A stretch of DNA of 64,000 nucleotides, taken from assembly GCF_046119375.1 (NCBI RefSeq), contig NW_027362764.1, forward strand, positions 713,930,001 to 713,994,000, read 5' to 3'. Positions 54,066 to 64,000 of this stretch are shown in pieces. The DNA is from Phyllobates terribilis (Eukaryota). A program made the position numbers and the translations under genes. The notes below the pieces were generated by a model. It made no database searches. It had not been told where the DNA came from and saw nothing but the letters and a program-made list of their open reading frames with translations. How positions within the stretch are numbered: position 1 is the stretch's first letter; each line of letters begins with the position of its first letter.

Positions 54066-54259
54066 ATGGGCAATGACATTGAACGTTTCCTTGGCTATGT
54101 GAACGATGGTCTTCTCTGCTGCATATGTCGGGATGTTCTTGAGCGCCCACTACAAGCCCCCTGTGAACATGCCTTCTGTGCTTCATGTATACCTGTATAC
54201 AATAACTGTCCTGAGGATCGGCAAACCCTAGCTGTCACCGATCTAAAGGCATTACACAG
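54066..54259 (+). CDS. RNF41/RNF151-like RING E3 ligase, coding exon 1 (RING domain, shortened)
   Basis: MGNDIERF..C-x2-C..PCEHAFC-x2-C..CPEDR resembles RNF41 (MGYDVTRF..PHCEHAFC..CPVDR); acceptor at 54057, donor AG|GTATT. Confidence 0.85.
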
Positions 54260-54294
54260 GTATTCTTTTGGGCAATTTCTGATTTTGTTCTTTA

Positions 54295-54650
54295 GGCTGT
54301 GTGCCCACGATGCGTTTTTGGTTCGTTTTTTGGTGCGGATTTGCAGAAACGCATTGCATACCTTATCCCATGACTTCCTATGACATTCTGCAAGTTCTGT
54401 GCACATGGTCAGGATTTTTTCTGCGCAGATTTTACTCCCAGAAAAAATATGGACATGACCAATTCTTGTGCGTTTCTGCATGCGTATTTGCCTATACAAT
54501 GCATTGGAAAAACGCATGTCAAATACGCATCAAAAACGCATCAAAATGCGTCAAAAACGCATGTAAAAACCGCATGCGTTTTTCTGCCAAGGAGATGCAG
54601 AAATGCTCAGGAAAATTTCTGCTTCATTTCTGCATCGTGGGCACTAAGCC
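54295..54650. mobile_element. PIF/Harbinger-type MITE; similar elements at 29524-29669, 35575-36021, 62010-62206, 62210-62532 and about 63.0-63.3 kb
   Basis: TTA + GGCTGTGTGCCCACGATGC ... GCATCGTGGGCACTAAGCC + TTA. Confidence 0.7.
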
Positions 54651-54964
54651 TTACAGTCTCCTATGCTTAGACTGCATTTTTTCAGGAGACTACAAATTCC
54701 TGTCTTTGTTTCTTAGCAATAATGTAATATTCACCCCTAGTCAAAACGGTTATTTACCCCGCCGCCCATACTTCAGACATAGCCGTAACCCTCACGGTGT
54801 ATTGTACGCAGGGTAATTGCACACAATGTCTGAATGACTTCTAATGTGATGTTTCTGCTAAAAAATTATTGAATGGTTCAACATAGTTATAAAATAAAAG
54901 TGGGAATAGGTGTCATCAACATATAGACGGCCCTGCACAAAAATCTGCTGATGGATTGTCAAAT

Positions 54965-55294
54965 AGAGGCAAGGCCAAGAGGAGACAAATATATCTGAAG
55001 GGCTGTCACAGTGTAGAGGGATCATCCTCATTTGCACATGGAAACACTAGAGGCAATGGGATGAAACTGAAAGGGAGAAGATACAGATTAGATATTAGAA
55101 AACACTTTTTGACAGTGAGGGTGATCAATGAGTGGAACAGGCTGCCACGAGAGGTGGTGAGTTCTCCTTCAATGGAAGTCTTCAACCAGAGGCTGGACAG
55201 ACATCTGTCTGAGATGATTTAGTGACTCCTGCATTGAGCAGGGGGTTGGACCAGATGACCCAGGAGGTCCCCTCCAACTCTACCATTCTATGAT
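54965..55294 (+). mobile_element. CR1 LINE 3' end
   Basis: RGNGMKL...LDIRKHFLTVRVINEWNRLP (ORF2 C-terminus) followed by a 3' UTR ending in ATTCTATGATT. Confidence 0.85.
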
Positions 55295-56030
55295 TAAGAG
55301 GAGGGGATCTGAGGAACCCCAACAGTAAGGGAAAGAGGACAGGAAGAAGAGCCAGGAAATGATAGTGAAGGAGCGGTCAGAGGAAAAGGAGGAGAACCAA
55401 GAACGAACAGTGTCCTTAAGGCCGATAGAGCGGAGCATAGTGAGGAGGAGCTGGTGATCCACAGTGTCGACTACAGCAGAGATCCAGGAGAATCAGCAGG
55501 GAGTAGTGACCATTAGATTTAGCTGTTAGTAGATCATCAGAGACTTTAATAAGGGCAGTTTCAGTAAAGTGTAAAGAGCAGAAACCGGATTATAAAGGGT
55601 CAAGGAAGAGTATTATCTGAGAGATAGCGGATTCGATGGGAGTGGACCAAGGGTTCCAGGAGATTAGAGACCAGTCTGTAGTTAGCAGCACAGTTCTGGT
55701 CTAGTAGGATGTTTTTTTTAGTAAAGGGGTTATGATGGCATGTTTGAATGAAGAGGGAAAGATACCGGAAGAAAGAGAGAGGTTAGGTATTTTAGTTAGG
55801 TAGGGAGTGACAGCCGGGAAGTTGGACTGAAGGAGATGTGAGGGAATAGGGTCATTGATGCAGGTTGTAAGGCGAGATGAAGCCAGGAGCCTGGTCACTT
55901 CTTTTGGGACAGGTTCAAAGGTGGAAAGTGAGCTTGAGGTGTGGGAGGGAAGAGGATCCAGGTTCTGGGGGGATTGTGCAAAATTGTCCTGACAGATATG
56001 GTTGAAATGAGTCATTTACTATGATGTGTC
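55295..56030 (-). mobile_element. L2-type LINE reverse transcriptase fragment
   Basis: DPIPSHLL...NLSLSSGIFPSSFKHAIITPLLKK and [26 protein letters not shown]. Confidence 0.8.
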
Positions 56031-56106
56031 TGGTGGAAGGATTGAGTGAGATGATAATACTACACGAGTTCATTCTATTCTATAATATGCTTCTGTATTT
56101 ATCTAG

Positions 56107-56246
56107 GTACATGCGGAACGAGCTGAGCAGACTTCAGATCCAGTGTAAAAATGACAGAAGTGGCTGCGAGATGGTTTGTTCTCTGGGGTCCATAGATAAA
56201 CATGAGAAGGAGTGTGAATACGGTTGTATGTCCTGTATAAATGCTG
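56107..56246 (+). CDS. RING gene coding exon 2 (YMRNELSRLQIQCKNDRSGC...HEKECEY)
   Basis: TRAF/SIAH-type zinc finger as in RNF41/RNF151; phase 2 to 1 with canonical splice sites. Confidence 0.85.
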
Positions 56247-56327
56247 GTAAGTATCTAATAAACTCATTATGAACACTGTCCACCCTTCCATTCTATGTCA
56301 CGTTCTACATGAGCTTTCTGGTGTTAG

Positions 56328-56487
56328 GCTGCCCTGTCCAGTTTGAGAGAAGACATCTGGATAGTCACCTGGTGGTGTGTGAACATCGGAGCCGGGAATG
56401 CCCCAATGGCTGTGGTTATGGCATCCTAAGTGCTGAAGATCTACAGCATAACTGTATTGCACTCAGAACAGAGCTAGAACTTCTAAG
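56328..56487 (+). CDS. RING gene coding exon 3 (GCPVQFERRHLDSHLVVCEH..CPNGCG..HNCIALRTELELL)
   Basis: Second zinc-finger module; TTAG acceptor, AG|GTAAT donor, phase 1 to 2. Confidence 0.85.
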
Positions 56488-57010
56488 GTAATAACCTTTA
56501 CATATACAAAGCATTAGGGTATGTTCACACTGTGCCTTAGCCTACCATAGGTGGCTCTCTTGAGAGCTTACATTTGAAGCCCTGGAAAACAGAATTCGGA
56601 TGATTGCGCTCATGAGGCCATTGACTTTAATAATGCAGTTACATTGTGCTTTGTAGGATATAATTTTCAGCAGTGTCCACCTATTTCTGGTGGGCTCCAA
56701 GACGCAGTACCTGCCTCAAATAGCCAGATAAGGACGTAAATTATGTCCGATGGAGCACAATGTGATTCTGCATTACTAAAGTCAATAGTAAGTAAGTGCA
56801 AACGTCCATATCCAAGGCTTTGGATGCAAGCCCCAACGAAGCCAATGACGTGCCATTCGAGGGCTTTCTGCCGGAGAACACAGGAGCACTCTGCCAAATG
56901 TGTGCTCCTGTGTATGGGAGCGACGGCCAAGATGGCCTTGTAAGCATGATTTGGCCGACAGCCATCTAATGTGTAGGGCGGCCTTTACTGTACTGATCTC
57001 TCGTCTCTAG

Positions 57011-57131
57011 ATCTGAAGTGATATACAGAGTCAAAGAAGCCAAGCTGGAGATGGACTCTAGGCTGGACTCACAGAGACGACACATGGTCCTTAAAGGGAG
57101 TCTTTACAGGCAGAGACAGAAGAGCTAAAAG
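57011..57131 (+). pseudogene. RING gene coding exon 4 with frameshift and in-frame TAA at 57126-57128
   Basis: SEVIYRVKEAKLEMDSRLDSQRRHMVLK.S is followed by an off-frame stretch ending in TAA; the shifted frame reads LQAETEELK up to the donor at 57132. Confidence 0.75.
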
Positions 57132-57610
57132 GTATATTTTGTGTCTGCTTCCATTTTAGCTGTACAAAAATGTAATATAAATATCTGAAGACATTTAATA
57201 GGGATCTCTTTAGGATCCAAAAGAGGATTCTCTTTTTGGTGAGTGGAGGTAAATGATCCAGTTGACCAAAACAACTGTTCAGTTTCTCTATAGCATCACA
57301 AGACATGTGAAGTATTACACTGTGCCTAATGAGATGAGGCTGCTTATGGAAAGCATGGACTCACAGGTCTATCCAGGGCAAGAAATACGCTTTGGTAACC
57401 AAGAACAGTCACCTAATAGACTTCTCTTCACCCAAAACTGTGAAGTGAGTACTTTGGACCCCTGTTCCAGTGAATGTTGTGGATAAATGTTGAATATGGG
57501 AAACACTTTTAAAAGGAATCAGCAGGTTTTTGCTATGTAATCTGAGAGCAGCATGAGGAAGGGGTAGAGACCCTGATTCCAGTGATGTTTCATTGTTTTT
57601 ATAAAATCAC

Positions 57611-57866
57611 AAGGAGAAACGTTACCCCCTTAGACCTCAGTCCAGAGCCTCTCACCTAGCCAAATCACTTATCATACTTTGCACTGATGAGGGCCAACAG
57701 CCCGAAACACCGTGTCTGCAAATTGAGATTCTGACTTGGCTATTATCCCAAGTCATATTGCACTACTCGTTAAAGGGTTGATTGTGACTTGTAGGATTGC
57801 TGCTTCCAATAGGTGGCAGTAGAGAGTACAAGTCCTCTTTTTCTCTAAAGAGGCAATTTGCATATT
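57611..57866 (+). mobile_element. Hammerhead-bearing dispersed repeat (Penelope-like pLTR / retrozyme type), nested in a TTAA MITE
   Basis: Shares CCCCTTAGACC...CTGATGAG...CTTCCAATAGGTGGC...GAGGCAATTTGCATAT with the repeats at about 24.0-24.4 kb and 34.7-35.2 kb. Confidence 0.6.
57678..57722 (+). ncRNA. Type I minimal hammerhead ribozyme with intact catalytic core; predicted cleavage after GUC at 57716
   Basis: TTTGCA-CTGATGA-GGGC caaca GCCC-GAAA-CACCGTGT-C-TGCAAA: 6-bp helix I, complete CUGAUGA and GAAA core, 4-bp helix II, short near-palindromic helix III. Confidence 0.85.
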
Positions 57867-58244
57867 AATAAAATCAGTGTTTTATCAGCTGGAGATTATC
57901 ACTATAGGACTAGCTGTTGCGTGCCTCCTGGTCCAAGCACACCCTCATCACTGATTGGCAGCTTTCTGTCTATATTGACAAAGCAACCTATCAGTGTTGT
58001 GGGCGGGGTTATAGAGCTCCGCATTTGAGCACTGCTAGATCTGCAGCAGAGATAACTCATTGTATCACAACTGCTGCACCCAGTAAGTGACACATCGCTG
58101 GAATCAGGGTCTCTGTTCCTACATTATGCTGGTGCCAGATTAGAAAGAAAAAAAACTGCTTACAAATTCCCTTTAAATAAAAAAAATAAAAAAATAGCTC
58201 CAACCTGTCAGCTTTTAGCTCTAAAAGACTAGTGTATTCATAGT

Positions 58245-58650
58245 ACAGTCATGGCCAAAAGAAGAAACTGACACAAATTTTGGATTTCACAAAGTTTGTT
58301 GCTTCAGTTTTCTTAGAACTTTTAGTCAGATGTTTCTATGGTTACATTAGTACAGTCGTCGGCATTTTAGATGGTTTTGAACCTTAATTGACAAATATGT
58401 TACACTTTTGCAAAGAATCAATCATGACCCTTATTTTTCCAGGCTTCTTAAGCCCTTTGCCCTCAAAGCTAGATATCAGCTTCTGGGCCAAATCCTGACT
58501 GATGAGGATAGCCCATTTTTGCCTAATCAGTGCTTGGAGGCTAACCCTATTTCTGTGTTTTTGTTTGTCCACCCACTTTTTGGAGATTGACCACAGGTTC
58601 TCAATAGGATTAAGATACACAGAGTTTCCTGGACATAGACTCGAGACAAG
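58245..58650 (-). mobile_element. Tc1 remnant (TIR plus transposase C-terminus)
   Basis: TA + CAGTCATGGCCAAAAG terminus; minus-strand LNPIENLWS...LAQKLISS. Confidence 0.65.
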
Positions 58651-59554
58651 GGAGTACATTTACCAAGTTTTTCATGTTGAACTGGACGCAAGATGTAATA
58701 ATGGCTGCAGAGCGTAATAGGTTTGTTTTTATTTCACCTCTCCATTGCGGAGATATTAGCAAAGTATTTGGTGGTACTTAATGAGTTAACTTTGTTAAAG
58801 CCAAGTGGGTGTCATCAGACAGCAACTCATTCATGGAGAAAGTCATCCTCCGGTAGCAACACCCACTTGGCTTAACTAAAGGTAACTCATTAGGCGACAC
58901 AGTTTGATTGCAAATATCTCTGCAACAGAGGCGAAATAAAAAATAATAATATTTTATTCCACTCTGCAGCCATTATTACATTGTGTGTCTGGTTCACCAT
59001 GAAAAGTTTGGTCATCTAAGTAGTTAAAAAGTGTTTTTGGTTCAACAAAACTTTGCTAACTTGAGTAATTGCCATCAAATAATAAATCCATCAGTACTTA
59101 CTCGAGGAATCCTCGTCAGTCTTGCACCATCGCTTCCAGACTCTGTTTTACATCTCTACAAGCATCATGTGCTATCACTCATGTGACCACTGCAGCCAAT
59201 CACTATAACTTCTGCTGAGAAGTAATTGAATTGTCAGGAAGCAATGATGCAGGATAGACAGGGATGTAACCAAATAAGTTATGGTTGGTTTTGTTATTTT
59301 ATAACCTTTACTGTCTTTCACAAAAACATTTTGAACCCAGAAAAAAACATATAATTATAAAATATCTTGCTATGCTGAGAATTAGAAAAAATAAGAGATA
59401 TTAATCAGTCCAGAGTTTGGAACAAGAAATGGCAAAGGCAGATCTGTACTTTTAGGTTCAGATTGAATGGCTGCATTTTAATTTTACTCAATGAGATCAC
59501 CTAAAAATTTAGCATTTTGATAGTTTCTGCACGTCATGGCTTTGTTTGTTCCAG

Positions 59555-59794
59555 AGGCAGGTATCGCAGCTCATGTCAGATGTGCGGACTCTGATGGCTT
59601 CAGAAAGACAGATCCGGCAGGACCTGGAGCCGACAAACCTGGAGCCGACAAACCTGGAGAAGCGAGAACTGATGGTACTACTGAAAGGATTACAGCCAGA
59701 ATGCCGAACAAACAAGGATGAAGTACAGAAAACTTCCAGTGACCGTTCAACGCTCCCTGAAAGCTTTAAAGAGAAGAACCAGAGAGGTCTCTAA
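59555..59794 (+). CDS. RING gene last coding exon, coiled coil (RQVSQLMSDVRTLMASERQIRQDLE...); untranslated if the upstream TAA is real
   Basis: TTTGTTCCAG acceptor, phase 0; heptad-like sequence; contains a 15-nt tandem duplication (LEPTN twice). Confidence 0.7.
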   Translation, partial: RQVSQLMSDVRTLMASERQIRQDLEPTNLEPTNLEKRELMVLLKGLQPECRTNKDEVQKTSSDRSTLPESFKEKNQRGL

Positions 59795-59935
59795 TCTCAT
59801 CAGGATGTTATGGAGTTATTTCCAAGCAGCATGTAGCATCTAGTCAGTTTTGACCCCTATAGCCACATTTATTTTAGAAAGCCTGGGAAGAAAACAAGTC
59901 CCTTCAGGAAGAGAATGCAGTTTATTTTAAGTTAA

Positions 59936-60483
59936 AGGAGTTTTACCACAAACAAAAGTTGATTTTAATCAATAGATCTTGGAATAATAATAAGTTCCAC
60001 AATTGATGTGTTTAAATAAAATGTTCCTGTGCTGAGATAATCTTATATATTTGTCCCTGCTGTGTACTGTGTAATGGCCGAGTCTGACCATACAGGGACA
60101 TGGTCTGATCATACCACAGCTCCTGGGCAGGGGGGGGGGGCAAAAGAGTATACAGACATTACAGCCGGGGATCACAGCTGATTCTGTGAGGTAAAACTTT
60201 TCACTGCCCGTTTTTAAAAAATGTTTTACCTCAAAGAAAGTTATTTGCGATCCCGTGCTGAATTTCTCTACACTCTTGCTTCCCCCCCTGCCCAGGAGCT
60301 GTGGTATGATCAGACCATGTTCCTGCACAGTCAGACACAGCCATTACACAGTACACAGCAGGGGCACATTTATAAGATTATCTCAGCACAGGAACATTTT
60401 ATTTAAACACATCCAATTGTGGAACTTATTATGATTCCAAGATCTATTGATTAAAATCAACTTTTGTTTGTGGGAAAATCCCT
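59936..60483. mobile_element. T2/Kolobok-type MITE, near-perfect 548-bp palindrome
   Basis: TTAA + AGGAGTTTT ... AAAATCCCT + TTAA; the arms pair over almost their whole length. Confidence 0.8.
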
Positions 60484-61577
60484 TTAAGGTTTCTCTTCCC
60501 GAAAACGTGCATTAATGAAGGCTATAAGACACAGTCCTTATGTTATTATAAATGGTTGACAGGTAAATGCATTAAAGAATATTTGTTTACATAGTTTCCC
60601 TTTCCAGAAAGGTATATTTTAAGAGAAATGTATACTTCATTATTTTTTTTGTCTTCAAAACATTTAGGATATTATTAGAGGCAGTGTACACATTTGCTTT
60701 GATTTTATTTTTAAATGGTTTATCTGCTTCCTAAATGTAAAATTAAACAAGTTTTAAAAGTCTTTAAAAATTGCCTGCCATTTTCCTGCTGTAGAGTCTG
60801 CACAACGCCTACACAAAGCTGACTGTGCTGCTGCTTCAGACATAGATCAGACAGCATCCTGCTTCCTGGCTGCTGTTGGCTCAGGGATGAGACCTTTCAC
60901 AAGGCGTTATTTCCCAAGTTCGTAGGTTCATTCAAAGCTTACGCCCGGTCCCCCCACAACATGCGGTTCGGGAGTATGCCCCACATCATTTTTGGGCGTA
61001 TATGCCTACTAGAAGCGGATACCCAGACTGCATCTGAATGTCTGCCTCCAGTAGATGTATATGCCCGCACGCTGACTCTTCTGGCACCATTATAGTCTAT
61101 GGCCCCATCAGTGCTTACACCCAGATCCCGTTTTGCAGGGGAAGGGAGAGGGGTATGGATGCAAGCCCCGACAGGGCCAACAAACGTGGGCAAAAACGCT
61201 GTGTAAAAGGGCCCTAACTCTAAATACCTTTCAATGAAATCCACTGTGAACGTCCATTTCATGTTATGTTTTCACCAGTTACTTTGAATAAAATACACAA
61301 ATAAATGCACATCTGATATTTAGTCATTTTATTATAAAAAAAAAAAAAATAATAAAAAATGCGCCAAAGAAGATGGGACAAACAAAAAAAATGACTAAAC
61401 TGTACATAAAAATAAAACGCTTTTCACTTCGACTTGTAACATGTATCAAAATACGTTTACTGTCAGGCCCAATATTGGAAGGTGCGGCGGTATCACACCA
61501 CGGTGTCCCTTGGTCCTTCTGCTTTCCAATAATCTTTCAAACTATTCACATATATAACATGTCCGGGAGATTTCCTT

Positions 61578-61741
61578 CTATCTGGTGAAGGAACGCACGT
61601 GACGCCCTCTGCTGCCATTTCCTCCAAGGAATTTTCCACGTGAAGCATTTCCACCGCCTGCAGCATTAGCCCAAGAAGGTCCAAGACCTCCACCACCACC
61701 GCGGCCCCTGATTGCTCGTTCACGAGGGTTTGGACGGTATC
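61578..61741 (-). CDS. VIRMA: VIRMA last coding exon (YRPNPRERAIRGRGG...RGRHVRSFTR*)
   Basis: Ends in the conserved RGRHVRSFTR-stop; TATTAG acceptor. Confidence 0.95.
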
Positions 61742-63404
61742 CTAATAAAGAAATAGATCAATATTCAGTTTGGTAAAGGAAAAACAGAACGTGCAACGCT
61801 CATTTTATGAAAAGCTTGATACTGAAGACATAAGTGTATGAAGTCACGTATGATGAAGATGATGGAAAATATTCGGGGAAATCATGTTATTACCCAAAAC
61901 TAACCAGTTGTGTGCGTGATCAGCAAGTGTTGTGCACACGTCCTAAGTGAATGAACAGGACATGATCACGATACCTGGCGATTGTGCACGCGTTTCAGCA
62001 CCTATGTAAGGGTGCAGTCAGACGGCAGTATATATTGGACAGAGATCGGACTGCAGTGCTCGGACAGGTCGCAGCTCTCTCGACCCAAGCGGGACAGCTG
62101 CACAGAAATACATGAAGCTGTCAAGCTCAGGTTGGGAGAGACGACGGTCAGTCCGTGCACTGCGTTCCGATCTCACTCTGATATATATGGTCATCAGACT
62201 GTGCCCTAAGGCTGTGTGCACACGTTACAGATTTGGTGAGTTTTTTCCTGCGCGGATTTGTGGCAAAACCTGATGCCAGCAAAGTGAATGAGAAACCTGA
62301 AGTATCATGCACACGTTGAGTATTTGTGACTTGCAGATTTGGTGCAGAAAATAATCTGCTGCGTGTCAATTCTCTGTGCGATTTTCACCATTGACTTCAC
62401 TCAAAAACGATGGGTAAAAAAGCACCAAAACGCGCCTATTTTTCATTGCGTTTTTGCTACCAACAAATTCCTAGAGATTCAGAAACGTTTCAGAAATTTC
62501 TGCAATCAAATACTCAACATGTGCACATAGCCTTAGGGTCATAAGGTAAAAGGCACTATTCACCTCCAATGCAGAAGAGGCACTGGACAGCCCCTTTAAG
62601 CTGTCTGTGGTTCATGTCCAATACATACGCCTAGATACTAAGAGTGTTTTTAACAAATGTTTGCTTGGTCCTTTTTTTTTTTGCGAGTATATGGCTCCTA
62701 ACACCACCTTATAACTTTTTATTTAATGACTAGGTTTATAGGACTGTTGGGAGCTATAAGTAGGGTTCCAATGAGTGCCAGTCCAGAGCGACATACGTCG
62801 CAGTACCCGGTGCTAGAACAGCAGATCTTCCTCCCATACACACATTGGCAATCAGTTCTGATCAAGGTCTAAACGCAAGACCAAAACGTTACATTTTGAT
62901 ACAGATTGCCTATTAAACGAATATCTTTCACTGCAACCTCCTGAGTGCCAAGTTTTATCTACTATAGGTTTATAGGACTGGTCTGGAAATGTTCCTATAA
63001 GGGCCTGTGCACACATTGAAGACTTGTTGCAGATTTGTCACAAAACCTGAAGGGATTCCTGATAGCAGCAAAGTTAATGAGGAACCTGAAGTCTCGTGCA
63101 CACGCTGCTTATTTTTTCTTGCAGATTTAAATCTGCAACATGTCAATTCTTTCTGCAGATTTGCACCAAAATCGCTTGTAAAAAAAAAAAAAAAGCATCA
63201 AAAACGTGACGACCTTACACAGGGTTTTTCCTGCCAATAGATGCAAAAATGGTGCAGAAGTAAATACTTAACGTGTGCAGATACCCTAAATAGCAGCTCT
63301 GCGATTGGTAATGTCCCATATTGGTCGTTGAAAAGGGCAACAGAAAGTAAAGATTAGAAAATAATGGAGATCTGTAAAATGTTAAAATGAGTGTGGTTAC
63401 CCAC

Positions 63405-63545
63405 CTGCAGAGCTTTGCCTTAGCGAGGGCAGGGGCACTCTGTCAAAATTGCTTTGCGCTCCTCTGCTTTCCACATACGCCCCCCGTGGGGCGGCCTGAG
63501 CAGTCCAGTTTAGCACACGGACACCTTCGCGACGACTGTAGTTAA
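63405..63545 (-). CDS. VIRMA: VIRMA penultimate exon (NYSRREG...RGAQSNFDRVPLPSLR)
   Basis: Hand translated; TTTAG acceptor, G|GTGGG donor; 141 nt, phase 1 to 1. Confidence 0.9.
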
Positions 63546-63825
63546 CTAAACAGAAACAAAACCACAATGTCAAAAAGTTAGGCTGAAATTAAACAGTTAA
63601 CATCTAAAATTCATGGATTCGAGACGTCCGTCCATCTCTAGGCATCCGTCCACTCTTGTGCTGTCCCAGGTGCGTCAGGATGGGACTCATGTATTTGTAA
63701 GGCATTTCCATGGTTGTGAAGGTTACACAATGCAACATTACAATGTAGTGCCAGCCCTGGTGTAAAACCACCATAAAATAATTAGCTAACTCCGTTTACT
63801 GGTTGGTTATATGATGGCGACCCAC

Positions 63826-64000
63826 CTTTAGGAGCAGGAGGAGTGAAGAATCTGCTCTGGCTGTGAAACACCCCTCGACCACCACGGTTTCCTGGAAATC
63901 CACCACGAGATGACACCTTTGGAGTAACTTTTATGGGTCTTTTGGGCGGAGGAATTCCAACTTGAGGTACAACTTCTTTACGCTCGGCAGCCACAAAGTC
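63826..64000 (-). CDS. VIRMA: VIRMA (KIAA1429) third-last exon, 5' part outside the window
   Basis: DFVAAERKEVVPQVGIPPPKRPIKVTPKVSSRGGFPGNRGGRGVFHSQSRFFTPPAPK matches the recalled VIRMA C-terminus; donor G|GTGGG. Confidence 0.92.

Noticed and set aside
61493-61723. 76-aa minus-strand ORF MNEQSGAAVV...
   Set aside because: Alternative frame of the VIRMA last exon; the conserved frame ends in RGRHVRSFTR.

Overview
Vertebrate genomic DNA, most likely a frog (inferred from the TE landscape and 23-56 bp minisatellites), with one 162-N gap at 5285-5446. Four genes can be built by hand with GT-AG sites and consistent phases. (1) RAD54B, minus strand: a probable non-coding exon 1 near 47.7 kb, ATG at 45833 and 12 coding exons down to 519; the 3' end lies outside the window. 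(2) FSBP (Myb/SANT-like, 288 aa), minus strand, two coding exons nested in the 27-kb RAD54B intron 3; its first coding exon has a splice acceptor in frame with RAD54B exon 3. (3) An RNF41/RNF151-like RING gene, plus strand, 54066-59794, divergent from RAD54B; it has a shortened RING, a frameshift with premature TAA and other lesions. (4) The last three exons of VIRMA, minus strand. Introns contain three Sleeping Beauty-like DD34E Tc1 copies, three DD38E (Intruder-type) copies with TIRs of about 265 bp, other Tc1 remnants, TTAA (T2/Kolobok-type and piggyBac-like) and TWA (Harbinger-type) non-autonomous elements, CR1/L2 fragments and tandem arrays. The most unexpected signal is a dispersed repeat carrying type I hammerhead ribozymes. 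One copy with a fully intact core lies in sense orientation in the last intron of the RING gene (57678-57722), whereas the copies lying in sense inside RAD54B carry core or helix lesions. Homology calls rest on recalled protein sequences; no database search was run.
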